Positions 46,642 to 56,002 of a stretch of DNA of 64,000 bases are shown here, piece by piece; the stretch's first letter is position 1; each line of letters opens with the position of its first letter. This DNA comes from an uncultured Pseudomonadota bacterium (GTDB lineage Bacteria > Vulcanimicrobiota > Vulcanimicrobiia > Eremiobacterales > Eremiobacteraceae), in assembly GCA_963736005.1 (NCBI GenBank), contig CAVTNB010000003.1:64001-128000 (forward strand), in the 5' to 3' direction. The translations under genes were made by a program, and so were the position numbers. Under the pieces are notes generated by a model, which saw only the letters and a program-made list of their open reading frames with translations, was not told where the DNA came from and searched no databases.

Positions 46642-47497
46642 GACGTTCTGCGCGGAACAGGCCGTCGATGATTGAGAACATTCGCGCGTCGCGGGTTTGC
46701 AGATCCTTGCGTGTCAAGGGAAGCCAACTTGAACGATCGTCGCTTACCTCAACGTACGCGCGCATGGACTCGGCAAAGTATTCATCAAGACCGCTGGCTG
46801 CATACTCGTTGATAAAACCATTTGCGGCCGCGTACGATGCGCGAATCTCGGCATTCTCAAATGAAAAGTACGAGCGGGGGCGGTTCGCCAGCAGAGCATC
46901 GAGCGCGTGCGCAAATTCATGAGCGGCGGCCATGCGCAACGCGCCGCTCCGCAAAAGAATCAATTTTTCTTCGAGGACGAAGAGGCCAGCCGGCGGCGCC
47001 TGCCATCGATCGATGTCGGGAACAAGCGCGGCAACGGCTGGCGAGCACTGGGTGAACGGCCGGCCGTTAGGCACGATCGTCATTCGAACGCCCGCGTTGA
47101 CGGCGAGCCTAAGCGCACGATCTCCAAAAGGCGCGAGTGCGGCTGTCAGCGTGGCCGGCGGTGCTCGCCCCAGCAGCGCGGAGACCAACACCCGAGTGGT
47201 GCTTGAGGCGGCGAGCCTGATTGAGCTCGGTACCGCGTTAAAAGGTTCGCTGACGACAACCCCGTCTGCCGTCTCGTACGCACATACTTGCAAACCTTGG
47301 AGACGGCGAAGCGCCCCGAGGACTCGCTCGAGCGCCAAACCAGAGGAGCCACGAGCCGCAAGCACTTCGCGCCGACGATGATAGCGAGCACTCAACACCG
47401 CCAACGCGCGTTTGGTTAATCCTTCCTCGCATGGCCGCAAGCGAGAGGTGTCGGGTGGAAGCGCCAAGCTTGCAAGCGTGATGCGCGGAGCAGGCAT
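46637..47497 (-). CDS. Zinc metallopeptidase, anthrax-lethal-factor (ATLF)/MtfA-like
   Basis: AHEFAHALD zincin motif, then NEYAAS..EYFAES..AY; no signal peptide. Confidence 0.75.
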   Translation of the reverse strand: MPAPRITLASLALPPDTSRLRPCEEGLTKRALAVLSARYHRRREVLAARGSSGLALERVLGALRRLQGLQVCAYETADGVVVSEPFNAVPSSIRLAASSTTRVLVSALLGRAPPATLTAALAPFGDRALRLAVNAGVRMTIVPNGRPFTQCSPAVAALVPDIDRWQAPPAGLFVLEEKLILLRSGALRMAAAHEFAHALDALLANRPRSYFSFENAEIRASYAAANGFINEYAASGLDEYFAESMRAYVEVSDDRSSWLPLTRKDLQTRDARMFSIIDGLFRAERL

Positions 47498-47551
47498 CCG
47501 CGCAGCATGGTGGAGTTTCGCGTCCTAGATGTGACGAATGCTTGAATAAGT

Positions 47552-48490
47552 CTATTTGACCAGAGATCGGGCAGTAACAAACGTGATGCCGACGGCCTGC
47601 ATCTCGGGTATCGCTTCCTTGAGCGCTTGCGCGGTTGTGTCGAACGGATGCCCGATCGCGATGGCGGTCCCCCGCTTGAGAGCCACTCGCTGCAGTTGTG
47701 CGAACTGCCCTTCGATGTACTTAAGGTCTCTTGAGTCGTCCAAGAAGACGTCACGCTGGGCAGTGGGGATGCCGAGGGCGCGCGCCGTTGTCGCAGCGAC
47801 GGTCGTGTAGCTCGTCATCGAATCAATAAAGAAAAGATGATGCTTTTGGAAGACTTGGAGGACGTCGCGCATGACTCGCGGGTCGCTCGTCGCTTTGCTC
47901 CCCATGTGGTTATTTGCGCCCGGCACGTCAGGCACGGACGCGAGGTCTGCTTCAACCTGGGCCACGACCTCTGCATCCGACATCGCCGTCATGATGGCGC
48001 CTTGGCCGGGATGAGCCAATGGCGAATCAGCTTCCATCGGCAAATGCAGCATGACCGACTTGCCGGCCGCCACGGCATCTGCCTCGAGCTCTTTACCGTG
48101 AGGCGTCATCGGCAGTATTGAAATCGTGATGGGGATGGGCATTGCGAGAAACTGCTTGCAGCGATTCACGTTGTAGCCGCAGTCATCGATGATAATAGCA
48201 ACCCTCGGTCCCGTGCCCGATACTGGGCCAGAAACGGCCGGCGTTGGAGTTTGGACGATTGGGCTTGGAGGCGGCGCAAGAATGGACGTTGCACTCGCTT
48301 GTGGGATCGGAAGCTCGCGACTGCCGGTAAAATAGCCTTTGATGATTTGCCTGTTGATGGCAGCGATGGCAACGACGATCGCAAGGATCACGAGCACCAC
48401 CACGAGCAGTCCGACGCGGCCGCGCGCCCGGGCATTTGAGCGGCGGTTCCTCGCGCCGCGCCTTTGCTTTGGCATTGAACTCACGTTCAA
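47552..48490 (-). CDS. Divergent polysaccharide deacetylase family protein (YibQ-like)
   Basis: TM anchor, AIIIDDCG, LHLPME, GANNHMGS, FFIDSMT, RDVFLD, AIAIGHP. Confidence 0.92.
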   Translation of the reverse strand: MNVSSMPKQRRGARNRRSNARARGRVGLLVVVLVILAIVVAIAAINRQIIKGYFTGSRELPIPQASATSILAPPPSPIVQTPTPAVSGPVSGTGPRVAIIIDDCGYNVNRCKQFLAMPIPITISILPMTPHGKELEADAVAAGKSVMLHLPMEADSPLAHPGQGAIMTAMSDAEVVAQVEADLASVPDVPGANNHMGSKATSDPRVMRDVLQVFQKHHLFFIDSMTSYTTVAATTARALGIPTAQRDVFLDDSRDLKYIEGQFAQLQRVALKRGTAIAIGHPFDTTAQALKEAIPEMQAVGITFVTARSLVK

Positions 48491-48516
48491 TGCAGTCGCT
48501 CCAATTCATGCTGGGA

Positions 48517-48637
48517 AGCGGACCTAGTGGTCCGCTGCTACGTCGTAGAATCGGCGACGAGGGGGACGCGCGAATAAATTCGCGCGACTCCATTGGGTGT
48601 TCGGCTCGCGCGAATACATTCGCGCGACTCCATTGGG
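48517..48637 (-). repeat. Cluster of one family A and two tandem family B repeats
   Basis: AGCGGACCTAGTGGTCCGCT-GCTAC, then two copies of CGCGCGAATA(A/C)ATTCGCGCG-ACTCCATTGGG. Confidence 0.82.
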
Positions 48638-48657
48638 TAAGAAAAATATTTGTGCGT

Positions 48658-49125
48658 TTAATGCGAAGGAGTCGTGGTCGGCGTCACGAGCGGTGGAATG
48701 GGAAGATCCTTCAACACGTGCACGACAACATCGAGCCGGCGCTGGGCAATCACATCACCGCCTGGTCCGAGGACGCGCACGGTGATATACTTCATGCCGC
48801 TGAGCGCAACGATTGCGCCGTTGATAGGGAACGTGAAATCTTTATCGACGACATAGCCAAGCGGCGATGAGGGAATGCTCTGGTCAATGGTTTCCGTCTG
48901 ACTCGCGAGTTCGCTGTCTGCGGCATTGTAGACGGCGAACTGGAGCGAACCAATCGGCACTTTCCCGAAGCCCCGGGCGACGGCGTGGGCATGAACGGTC
49001 GCCTGCGTGTCGAGCACCCCCACAACGAGTGGATTCGGGGTGAGATCTAACGACAGCGAGTGAGCGTTACAGCCGCTCAGCGCAAGCGCCAAGGAAGCTG
49101 CCAAGAGCAAGAAAGACCGGCGCAT
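48658..49125 (-). CDS. Hypothetical lipoprotein (beta-sandwich-like)
   Basis: Lipobox LALSG-C; directly downstream of the secretin gene. Confidence 0.7.
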   Translation of the reverse strand: MRRSFLLLAASLALALSGCNAHSLSLDLTPNPLVVGVLDTQATVHAHAVARGFGKVPIGSLQFAVYNAADSELASQTETIDQSIPSSPLGYVVDKDFTFPINGAIVALSGMKYITVRVLGPGGDVIAQRRLDVVVHVLKDLPIPPLVTPTTTPSH

Positions 49126-49151
49126 TGGGATTCCTTTGTGTTTCGTCAGCG

Positions 49152-50834
49152 TTAGGGCGTCGAACCGGACGAAGGCGTTCCGGTGACGGGCTGCGTCACG
49201 GGGGCTGGGACCACGTGAGGCGTTACCGTTATAACGAGATTGGTATTCTGTTTTGTTTCGGTTTGGTAACGGAAGAGCGCCCCCAAGATTGGGATGTCGC
49301 CGAGAATGGGGATCTTTTGCAGATTGTGGATGTCTTGCTCTTGGAGGAGCCCGCCGATGACAAGGGTTTGGCCCTCCATGAGATTGACTTTGGTTTGCGC
49401 TTGGCGCGTAGAAATCTGCGGATCGTTACTGCTGTCAAAGCCCGTGACGGACGACACTTGCGAGAAGACGTTCGCATCCACTCCCCCGCTACCCGTGATC
49501 CGGGGCAAGATCTGCAAGGTAACGCCAACGTTGATGTATTCAACCTGACTTGACACGGCGCCAACACCACCCACGCCAACCGGTGTGGTCACTCGAATGG
49601 GCAGTGAATCACCGGTTAAGATCGAGGCGCCCACCCCATCTTGCGTGAGGATCTTCGGCGAGGCAAGCACGCGCGCGTGGCCCGAGGTGACCAGTGCCCA
49701 AATATTTGATTGAATCGCAAGCGCTCCGGCGATCACCTGAGCGGGAAGACCGTTGAGGATTGCCGATTGCGCGTTGAAGATGCGCGTCAGCGGCTGAGTG
49801 GTGCTCTGATTATAATCCAAGCCGAGCGCTGTGGCGCCAGTTTCGTTGACTTCGATGACTTGCGTGTCGAGCAACACGCTTTGCACCGGCACGTCGAGCT
49901 GCGCGATCAACGCGAGCATGGGCGCGAGCTGATCGCGCGTTCCGGTCAGAATAACCGCGTTGAGGCGCCGATCGATCGCGATATTATCGGTCACGCGTTG
50001 CCCAAGCGGCTCTTCTTCTCCTGACACACCGGTGGTAGGATACTGCGAAAACGGCTGGATCGTTTGTCCCGTACCGAAATTTCCGGTTCCAAAATTGCCC
50101 GTGCCGAATCCAGGCTGTTGCTGCATGCCGAGCTGGGCAGGCTGGGGATTAAACGTGTTGCCGGGTGAGATGTTTGCGCTTCCCGAGAGAATACCGACGA
50201 CTTCAGAAAGATCTGCATAGTTCAAACGGATGATCTGCGTTGTGACCCCACCCGCAGAGCTGCTGGTATTGCTCGGACGTTGAAAGGCGGAACCTCCCGG
50301 TGCGGGCGTCGCGTACGAAAACGGCGGCACATCGACGATCAACAGGTTCCCTGGCGCGTTCGTCAGTTTCGGCACGACCGGTGCTTGCAAGGAAATTGCA
50401 ACCAACAACGCATTGTTTTGAATCGCGATATTGACAGCCTGGATGACGCCTAGATTCACTGGAATGATGGTCGGCACGGTGGGAGCGGCAACGGTTCCGC
50501 TAAACTGCAGCACGTAGTTTGCTGTTGCCCCACTCGAGACGATCCGCACGTTCGGTAGACTGGAGAATTGTAACAAGACTCGCACGTGGCCGTTGGGGAG
50601 CTGCTGCGATTGAATGTACTGAAGGACCGGAACAGCGGCGACGGTCATTGGCGCGCGGGTTGGAAGGAGGTTCCCCGCGGCGAGCGCCGCGTTGCGCGAC
50701 ACCAGAGCTGCAAGCACGCCGGCAACCAGCACGAGCACGATCCATCGCGCTCTAGCAACAAGAGACGGCGTCGCCCTCAATTGGAAGATCCAGGTTTCAC
50801 AAAACGGTCCCCATTGACTCTGCGCGTTAGTCAT
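49152..50834 (-). CDS. Outer-membrane secretin (GspD/PilQ family); start uncertain
   Basis: IRLNYAD, DRRLNAVIL, QLDVPVQSVLLDTQVIEV, LASPKILT, VGVTLQILP, R.AQT.V, LVIGGL, KIPILGDIPILGALF, LVITVTP. Confidence 0.92.
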   Translation of the reverse strand: MTNAQSQWGPFCETWIFQLRATPSLVARARWIVLVLVAGVLAALVSRNAALAAGNLLPTRAPMTVAAVPVLQYIQSQQLPNGHVRVLLQFSSLPNVRIVSSGATANYVLQFSGTVAAPTVPTIIPVNLGVIQAVNIAIQNNALLVAISLQAPVVPKLTNAPGNLLIVDVPPFSYATPAPGGSAFQRPSNTSSSAGGVTTQIIRLNYADLSEVVGILSGSANISPGNTFNPQPAQLGMQQQPGFGTGNFGTGNFGTGQTIQPFSQYPTTGVSGEEEPLGQRVTDNIAIDRRLNAVILTGTRDQLAPMLALIAQLDVPVQSVLLDTQVIEVNETGATALGLDYNQSTTQPLTRIFNAQSAILNGLPAQVIAGALAIQSNIWALVTSGHARVLASPKILTQDGVGASILTGDSLPIRVTTPVGVGGVGAVSSQVEYINVGVTLQILPRITGSGGVDANVFSQVSSVTGFDSSNDPQISTRQAQTKVNLMEGQTLVIGGLLQEQDIHNLQKIPILGDIPILGALFRYQTETKQNTNLVITVTPHVVPAPVTQPVTGTPSSGSTP

Positions 50835-50855
50835 CGGCCGTTTCGCCTTCGCGCT

Positions 50856-52121
50856 TTACGCGGCCTGTTCGGGGCGGCTAAAGAGCCAGAGAAAGTTCAT
50901 CATCAGGAGGTTAGCAACCACGCTTGACCCGCCATATGAGATGAAGGGCAGCGTGATCCCAGTTAGTGGAAGCAGCCCAACGACCCCGCCGACAATGATC
51001 GCCACTTGGATGCCCAGGGTTGCGGCGAAGCCCACCGCCAGCAATGCTGTGAATTTGTCGCGAGCAAAGAAGGCGATGCGAAAACCGCGGACCACGAGAG
51101 CTCCATAGAGCGCTAGCACCGCGAGGCCACCGATCAAACCGAACTCCTCTGCAATCGCCCCGAATGGATAGTCCGTTGCAGCATCGGGAATAAATCCCGG
51201 ATGGCCTAAGTGATAGCCCGTACCAAGCAAGCCCCCTGCCGCGAGTGAAAAATACGCTTGTTCTGGCTGGTAACCGCGTCCCAGCGGATCGCTCCAGGGA
51301 TCGAGCCATATACCGATGCGCGCACCGACGTAAGGAAAGCTCTGCGCCAAGATCCACGCGGCAGCGATGAAAAGCAAGGCCGAGACAATAACCAAGTCCA
51401 ATCGTCTCGACGCGACGTAGAGCATGACCAAGAAAATGCCGAGAAAAAGACCCGCCATGCCGAAGTCGTGCTGCAACCCCAGACTCGTGATGGCGATCCC
51501 CCATACAAGGAAGAGCGGCCAAACCAAGCGCAGCGTCGGACCGATTTCGCTGGGCCGCAGAGCTGCGAGCGCGGCGCCATTTTTGGACAGATACGCCGCC
51601 ATAAAGAAGACCATAAACAGCTTAATGACCTCAACCGGCTGAGCGGTGAAGGGACCAATCCGAAACCACAGCCGCGCACCGTTGACTTCGGTGCCAAAAA
51701 AGATGAGCAGCACGAATAACGCGAGCGAAAGCATCACCCACACATAGGTGACGTTTTCCAGTTTGCGATATTGAAGAAAGAGTCTCTGGCCGAAAATGAC
51801 GATCGCCAAGCCAACGATCATCGAAATCACTTGGTGCGTACCCAAGTAGAGGTCCAGCCGCGCGATGGTGAGGATGCCGATGGCGCATAAAGCTGCCACG
51901 ATTGCAATCAGCGCTCTGTCGCATGAGGCAGCTTGCGGAATGCTGACGCTCCACGCCAAAAAGCATGCCGCCAGTACGGCGAGGAGCCACCACGGAAATG
52001 GGCCGTCGAGAGGCAGGAGGACAACAAAGATGGCGGAGATTGCGGCGAGGACGACAAGCAGCGCGACCGGAATCCGGCGCGCTTGGCGCGGCTGGTCTAG
52101 TGCTGCGCTTTCGACTGCCAA
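50856..52121 (-). CDS. rodA: FtsW/RodA/SpoVE family (SEDS) protein
   Basis: NGARLW, QPVEVIK, QHDFG, W.DPW, GYQ, TDYPF..IAEEFG, PLTGITLPFISYGGSS. Confidence 0.9.
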   Translation of the reverse strand: MAVESAALDQPRQARRIPVALLVVLAAISAIFVVLLPLDGPFPWWLLAVLAACFLAWSVSIPQAASCDRALIAIVAALCAIGILTIARLDLYLGTHQVISMIVGLAIVIFGQRLFLQYRKLENVTYVWVMLSLALFVLLIFFGTEVNGARLWFRIGPFTAQPVEVIKLFMVFFMAAYLSKNGAALAALRPSEIGPTLRLVWPLFLVWGIAITSLGLQHDFGMAGLFLGIFLVMLYVASRRLDLVIVSALLFIAAAWILAQSFPYVGARIGIWLDPWSDPLGRGYQPEQAYFSLAAGGLLGTGYHLGHPGFIPDAATDYPFGAIAEEFGLIGGLAVLALYGALVVRGFRIAFFARDKFTALLAVGFAATLGIQVAIIVGGVVGLLPLTGITLPFISYGGSSVVANLLMMNFLWLFSRPEQAA

Positions 52122-53200
52122 GCCGACACGAGCGAAGTAGCGGCAGCGGGCGTAGCTACCGTGATGCCATCCTCAAGCTGAGCGCGTATTGCGCTCGGCA
52201 AGGATTGCGCGGTGACCCTGAACGTCGTTCTCGCGAGATGCAGGGGGACACCTAAAACGGTCGCCGGTAAGCCAGAGTAGAGCGTTACTTTCCCCGCAGG
52301 ATCGGAGCCCAAGTAGAACTTTGTATCGGCATTCCACATGAGCGAAACGCCAAGCAGTAAGGCGACCGTCACCGCGACAACCGCTGCTGCGAAGGACCGA
52401 CCTCGAGGACGAGCGTCCGTTTTGCTCTCGCTTGGAGCGCCATGTTCGGTCGCATTGCGGGCCAGCAGAACCGTCGCATTATCCACGCTGCCGGCAGCGC
52501 GCGAGAGCGTAAGAATTCTGTCGGTGACCCATTCGGCTGGGTGATCTTTCTGCTGGAGGGCGAGCTGCAGATCCGTGGCGGAGAGCGCACGATAGGCACC
52601 ATCGGTGCAAAAAAGAATCGCATCGTGAGCATGCAGCGTGTAATGAGTGACCTTTGGCTGCATCGACTGCGCCTCGATACCGAGTGCGCGCGTGAGCAGC
52701 GGCTGAACGGGACGATAGCGCGACCGCTGCGGCAATCCACTATTGCTCGTGACAAGCTCAGGGATGATCGATTCGTCAGTCGTGAGCTGCACGAGCTCGC
52801 CGCGCCGGAACAAGTAAGCGCGCGAATCCCCGATATGCGCGATAAACGCTTGGTTGCTCACGATCAGGACAGCAGTGCACGTCGATGCTGCGCCAACGTG
52901 ATCGTCATCGCCGCCACTGGAATGTAAGAGTCGGTCGTTGGCCTGTCCGAATGAAGCGATCAGGACGTCTCGGACATCCGCTCCAGTGAGACTGCGCGGC
53001 GGTATTGCCGCTTGAAGCTCTCGCCGAGTTCCCTCGCGGATGGCCTCAAGCGCGACCGATGCTGCCGATGCACCATGAAGGCGGCCGAATCCGTCCGCGA
53101 TCGCGAGCAGCGTGACATTACGGTGCAGTTGCTCTGCACACCAGGCATCTTCGTTTTGCCGACCAACCTGGCCGACGTCGGTTGTTACCGCGACCTCCAT
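52097..53200 (-). CDS. PP2C-type Ser/Thr phosphatase with C-terminal TM and extracellular domain (PstP-like)
   Basis: TDVG..RQNED, IADG, HIGDSRAY, LTRALG, CTDG, DNAT, TM helix. Confidence 0.9.
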   Translation of the reverse strand: MEVAVTTDVGQVGRQNEDAWCAEQLHRNVTLLAIADGFGRLHGASAASVALEAIREGTRRELQAAIPPRSLTGADVRDVLIASFGQANDRLLHSSGGDDDHVGAASTCTAVLIVSNQAFIAHIGDSRAYLFRRGELVQLTTDESIIPELVTSNSGLPQRSRYRPVQPLLTRALGIEAQSMQPKVTHYTLHAHDAILFCTDGAYRALSATDLQLALQQKDHPAEWVTDRILTLSRAAGSVDNATVLLARNATEHGAPSESKTDARPRGRSFAAAVVAVTVALLLGVSLMWNADTKFYLGSDPAGKVTLYSGLPATVLGVPLHLARTTFRVTAQSLPSAIRAQLEDGITVATPAAATSLVSAWQSKAQH

Positions 53201-53224
53201 GCAAACCTCACAAGCGCTCGCGGT

Positions 53225-53641
53225 TTATTGTGCCTCGCCCAAAAACCAGATTATATTGGGCCCCACGGCTATCCTGTCACCGGGCTTGAGAACCGTTGGG
53301 CCCTCAATCGCTCTATCGTTGACCAAAGTCCCATTCGTCGAGTGGAGATCTTCGACGAGCGCGCGAGCGCCGTCCACGATCAAACGGGCGTGCTCTTTAC
53401 TCACGGTGACGTCATGGAAAACTATGTGACATTGCGGGCTGCGACCGAGCAGCGCTCCGTCATCGAAGCTTTGGACCTCGCTCTTCTCGCCGGGTCGAGA
53501 AATCTCGAACATGAAGTGGCGCGCGCCCTCTTTGGGCAAGGCGGGCGCAGTGCGCGTGGCGTCGGCGAGCGCCCACATCGCGAGCGCGATGGCGCCAGCC
53601 ACGAGCGCCAGCGATTCCCAGCGCACCGCTAAGACATCCAT
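53225..53641 (-). CDS. FHA domain protein with N-terminal TM (FhaB-like)
   Basis: LGRS..C, D.TVSKEHA, EDLHSTNGT.VN, L.PGD.I..G. Confidence 0.9.
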   Translation of the reverse strand: MDVLAVRWESLALVAGAIALAMWALADATRTAPALPKEGARHFMFEISRPGEKSEVQSFDDGALLGRSPQCHIVFHDVTVSKEHARLIVDGARALVEDLHSTNGTLVNDRAIEGPTVLKPGDRIAVGPNIIWFLGEAQ

Positions 53642-53659
53642 GACGAAATTTTCATCCTA

Positions 53660-53719
53660 TGTAGCAGCGGACCTTTGTAGATCCGCTTCACGGCGCACGA
53701 ATAAATTGGTGCGATTACC
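53660..53719. repeat. Family A repeat plus degenerate family B repeat
   Basis: TGTAGCAGCGGACCTTTGTAGATCCGCT, then GCACGAATAAATTGGTGCG-ATTAC, whose GTAA supplies the rsmB stop. Confidence 0.75.
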
Positions 53720-55109
53720 TTTTTCGGAGCAAGGCGTAGAAAAATCCATCGGCTCCCTCGATTCCAGGAATCGTCAAAATGGACTCCCGGATGCGAATGA
53801 ACGTTCCTTCAGGGGCGGTCAACGATAGAGGGACCGCCTGCCAGCTCGAATGCGTTCCCAGAAACTCCTTTATCACCGCTTCATCTTCTCGCGCGTCAGT
53901 CGAACACGTCACGTACAGCAAACGCCCACCCGGTTTGGCATGCGAAGCTGCTTGCGCGAGGATGGCAGCCTGGGTTCGGGCGAGCCGAGCCGGGTCGCTT
54001 GGATCTTTGGCCCAGCGCAAATCTGCGCGCCTGCCAATGGTGCCGATGCCGCTGCATGGTTCATCGACGAGGACCGCGTCAAAACCCAGGGGGTACCCAA
54101 CTTCATACTCTCTTGTTGCGTCTGCTCTTACCACCTCAACATTCTCCACGCCCAGACGCACCATATCTTGCTGCAAGAGCGCAAGCTTGGTTGCGTCGTC
54201 GTCGAGCGCGACAATCCTACCAGCGAGCGGACCTAAAGGTCCGCTGCTACATTTTTGTGCCAGGGCTCCCGTCTTTACGCCGCGGCCAGCGCAGACGTCC
54301 AGCACGCTTTCGCCCGATTGTGGATAGAGGAGCTGCGCGGCGAGTTGGCTCTCTTCACTCTGCATGGTGAGCCTGCCGCTGCCGATCATCCGTTGCAGCA
54401 CGCTCGCGCCGCTGGCGGGAATCGACGCAAGGATAAGGCACTCAGCTATTCCATAGCGGCTCTCGTGCACAACGATGCCAACCCGCCGCAGCGCGTCGCT
54501 CGTTTCACGAACATCCGCGATTTTGACGTTTACCCGGGCTGCACGCCTCGGCGTGCCGTTCATGCCTTGGGTCGCGCGCAATGCATCTACAAATCCAAAG
54601 CGCTCGATAAAGTGCTGGGCGATCCAATTGGGCAATGATGCGTAGTCGGCAAACGCATCAATCGGCCCGTCAGGCGTAGGTAGCGGAGGCGTTTCTCGTC
54701 TCGACGCAACTTTGCGCAGCACAGCGTTCGCGAGCGAAGCTGTCCCCGTATGGCCCAGCCGCCTCGCGAGCTTGACGCTTTCGTCGACCGCACTATGTGC
54801 GGGAATCTTATCTAAGAACAGCAGCTGGTACGCGCCCAAACGCAGCGTCCAGTGCAGCGCAGGCGTCAAGTTGGCCAGCGGCCGCTTCACGACTCGACTC
54901 AAGGACCAATCGAGACTGCGCTGCATCTTGAGCGGCCCGTACACGAGTTGCGTCAGCAAAGCACGGTCTCGCGCAGAGAGTTCGTTTTCGCGCAACGCTG
55001 CATCGAGCGCCGTCTGCCCGCCCCCTGCAAGCAAGACGCGCAGCGCTATCTCGCGTGGACTCCGTCCTTTATCCGTTTCTTTTCGTACGTTTTGCAAACT
55101 CGGCACCAC
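53715..55109 (-). CDS. rsmB: 16S rRNA m5C967 methyltransferase RsmB/Sun
   Basis: NusB-like N-domain (DRALLTQLVYG, LRLGAYQL..IPAHSAVDESV, NAVLR), VLVDEPCSG.G, LYVTCS, DGFFYA; follows def-fmt. Confidence 0.93.
   Translation of the reverse strand: MVPSLQNVRKETDKGRSPREIALRVLLAGGGQTALDAALRENELSARDRALLTQLVYGPLKMQRSLDWSLSRVVKRPLANLTPALHWTLRLGAYQLLFLDKIPAHSAVDESVKLARRLGHTGTASLANAVLRKVASRRETPPLPTPDGPIDAFADYASLPNWIAQHFIERFGFVDALRATQGMNGTPRRAARVNVKIADVRETSDALRRVGIVVHESRYGIAECLILASIPASGASVLQRMIGSGRLTMQSEESQLAAQLLYPQSGESVLDVCAGRGVKTGALAQKCSSGPLGPLAGRIVALDDDATKLALLQQDMVRLGVENVEVVRADATREYEVGYPLGFDAVLVDEPCSGIGTIGRRADLRWAKDPSDPARLARTQAAILAQAASHAKPGGRLLYVTCSTDAREDEAVIKEFLGTHSSWQAVPLSLTAPEGTFIRIRESILTIPGIEGADGFFYALLRKR
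54226..54251 (-). repeat. Family A GTAG repeat inside the rsmB coding sequence (in-frame)
   Basis: Minus strand TGTAGCAGCGGACCTTTAGGTCCGCT, identical to the intergenic copies at 27353 and 33127; encodes CSSGPLGPL. Confidence 0.9.
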
Positions 55110-56001
55110 TCATCATAGGTTTGCCTTCAGGAATGACGTTGGTCAAGCAGATGGCGCCCGACGAGGTTGCGATGACTGGACCGAGCTCATTCCAGTCTAC
55201 GACATCACCCGGCGCTGCGTTCTCGGGCCGCGATGACGCGTGCGCCACGACATTGGCTTCCAATACCTTGAGCCGTTTGCCCTCGAACGTCATCCAAGCG
55301 CCTGGTTTGGGGCTTACAGATCGGATTTGGTTCACGACAGCTCGCGCCGGCACGTCGAACCGCAGGCGCAAGTCTTCTTTTGTGATTGGTCGCGTATAGG
55401 TGGCTGCTTCCGCGCGCTGGGGCGTGCGCGGAAGATTGCCTTCGCTCAACCGCTGTGCGGCTTCGCCAAGCAGGTCGCCACCGATACGGGCAAGTTTGTC
55501 GTGGAGCGATCCATAATTGTCGTCCGAGTCAATCTGCACGCTTCTCGAAAGAGCGATGTCACCATCGTCTGTGCCTGCGCCCATCCAAAACACGGTTACA
55601 CCGGTTTGGTCTCGCCCATCCCGCAAGGCTGCCTGAATCGGCGTCGCCCCGCGATATTCTGGTAGAAGGCTTGGGTGAACGTTGAGCGCCCTCAAACCTT
55701 CGATTGCCAAAAGGTTCGTCGGTAAAATCTTTCCGTACGATGCGCAGGCAAGAAGCGTGGGCCGCAATGATGCGATCTGCGCAATAAACTCACCGTCGAG
55801 CCGCCTGGGGAGGAGGAGGACCGCGCTAGCCTCGCGCGTTGCTTTGGCAACCGGCGTTGGGGTCAGGGCGAGTCCGCGGCCCGCAGGTCTGTTCGGCTGC
55901 GAGACAACGGCCACCACCTCTTGCTCTGCGAGCATGCGCTGCAGCGACGGAAGTGAAAAATCGGAGCTCCCAAAAAAAACCGTCCTGAGGCGGCCCGCCA
56001 T
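55069..56001 (-). CDS. fmt: Methionyl-tRNA formyltransferase
   Basis: VFFGS..F, SQPNRPAGRG, YGKILP, NVHPSLLP.YRGATPIQ, P.PGAW. Confidence 0.96.
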   Translation of the reverse strand: MAGRLRTVFFGSSDFSLPSLQRMLAEQEVVAVVSQPNRPAGRGLALTPTPVAKATREASAVLLLPRRLDGEFIAQIASLRPTLLACASYGKILPTNLLAIEGLRALNVHPSLLPEYRGATPIQAALRDGRDQTGVTVFWMGAGTDDGDIALSRSVQIDSDDNYGSLHDKLARIGGDLLGEAAQRLSEGNLPRTPQRAEAATYTRPITKEDLRLRFDVPARAVVNQIRSVSPKPGAWMTFEGKRLKVLEANVVAHASSRPENAAPGDVVDWNELGPVIATSSGAICLTNVIPEGKPMMSGAEFAKRTKRNG

Positions 56002-56002
56002 C

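Noticed and set aside
48566..48637. Tandem ~31-nt direct repeats here and at 62226-62308 as a mini CRISPR array
   Set aside because: Only 2-3 units, spacers of about 10 nt or none, the same palindromes are dispersed singly through the window, and there are no cas genes.
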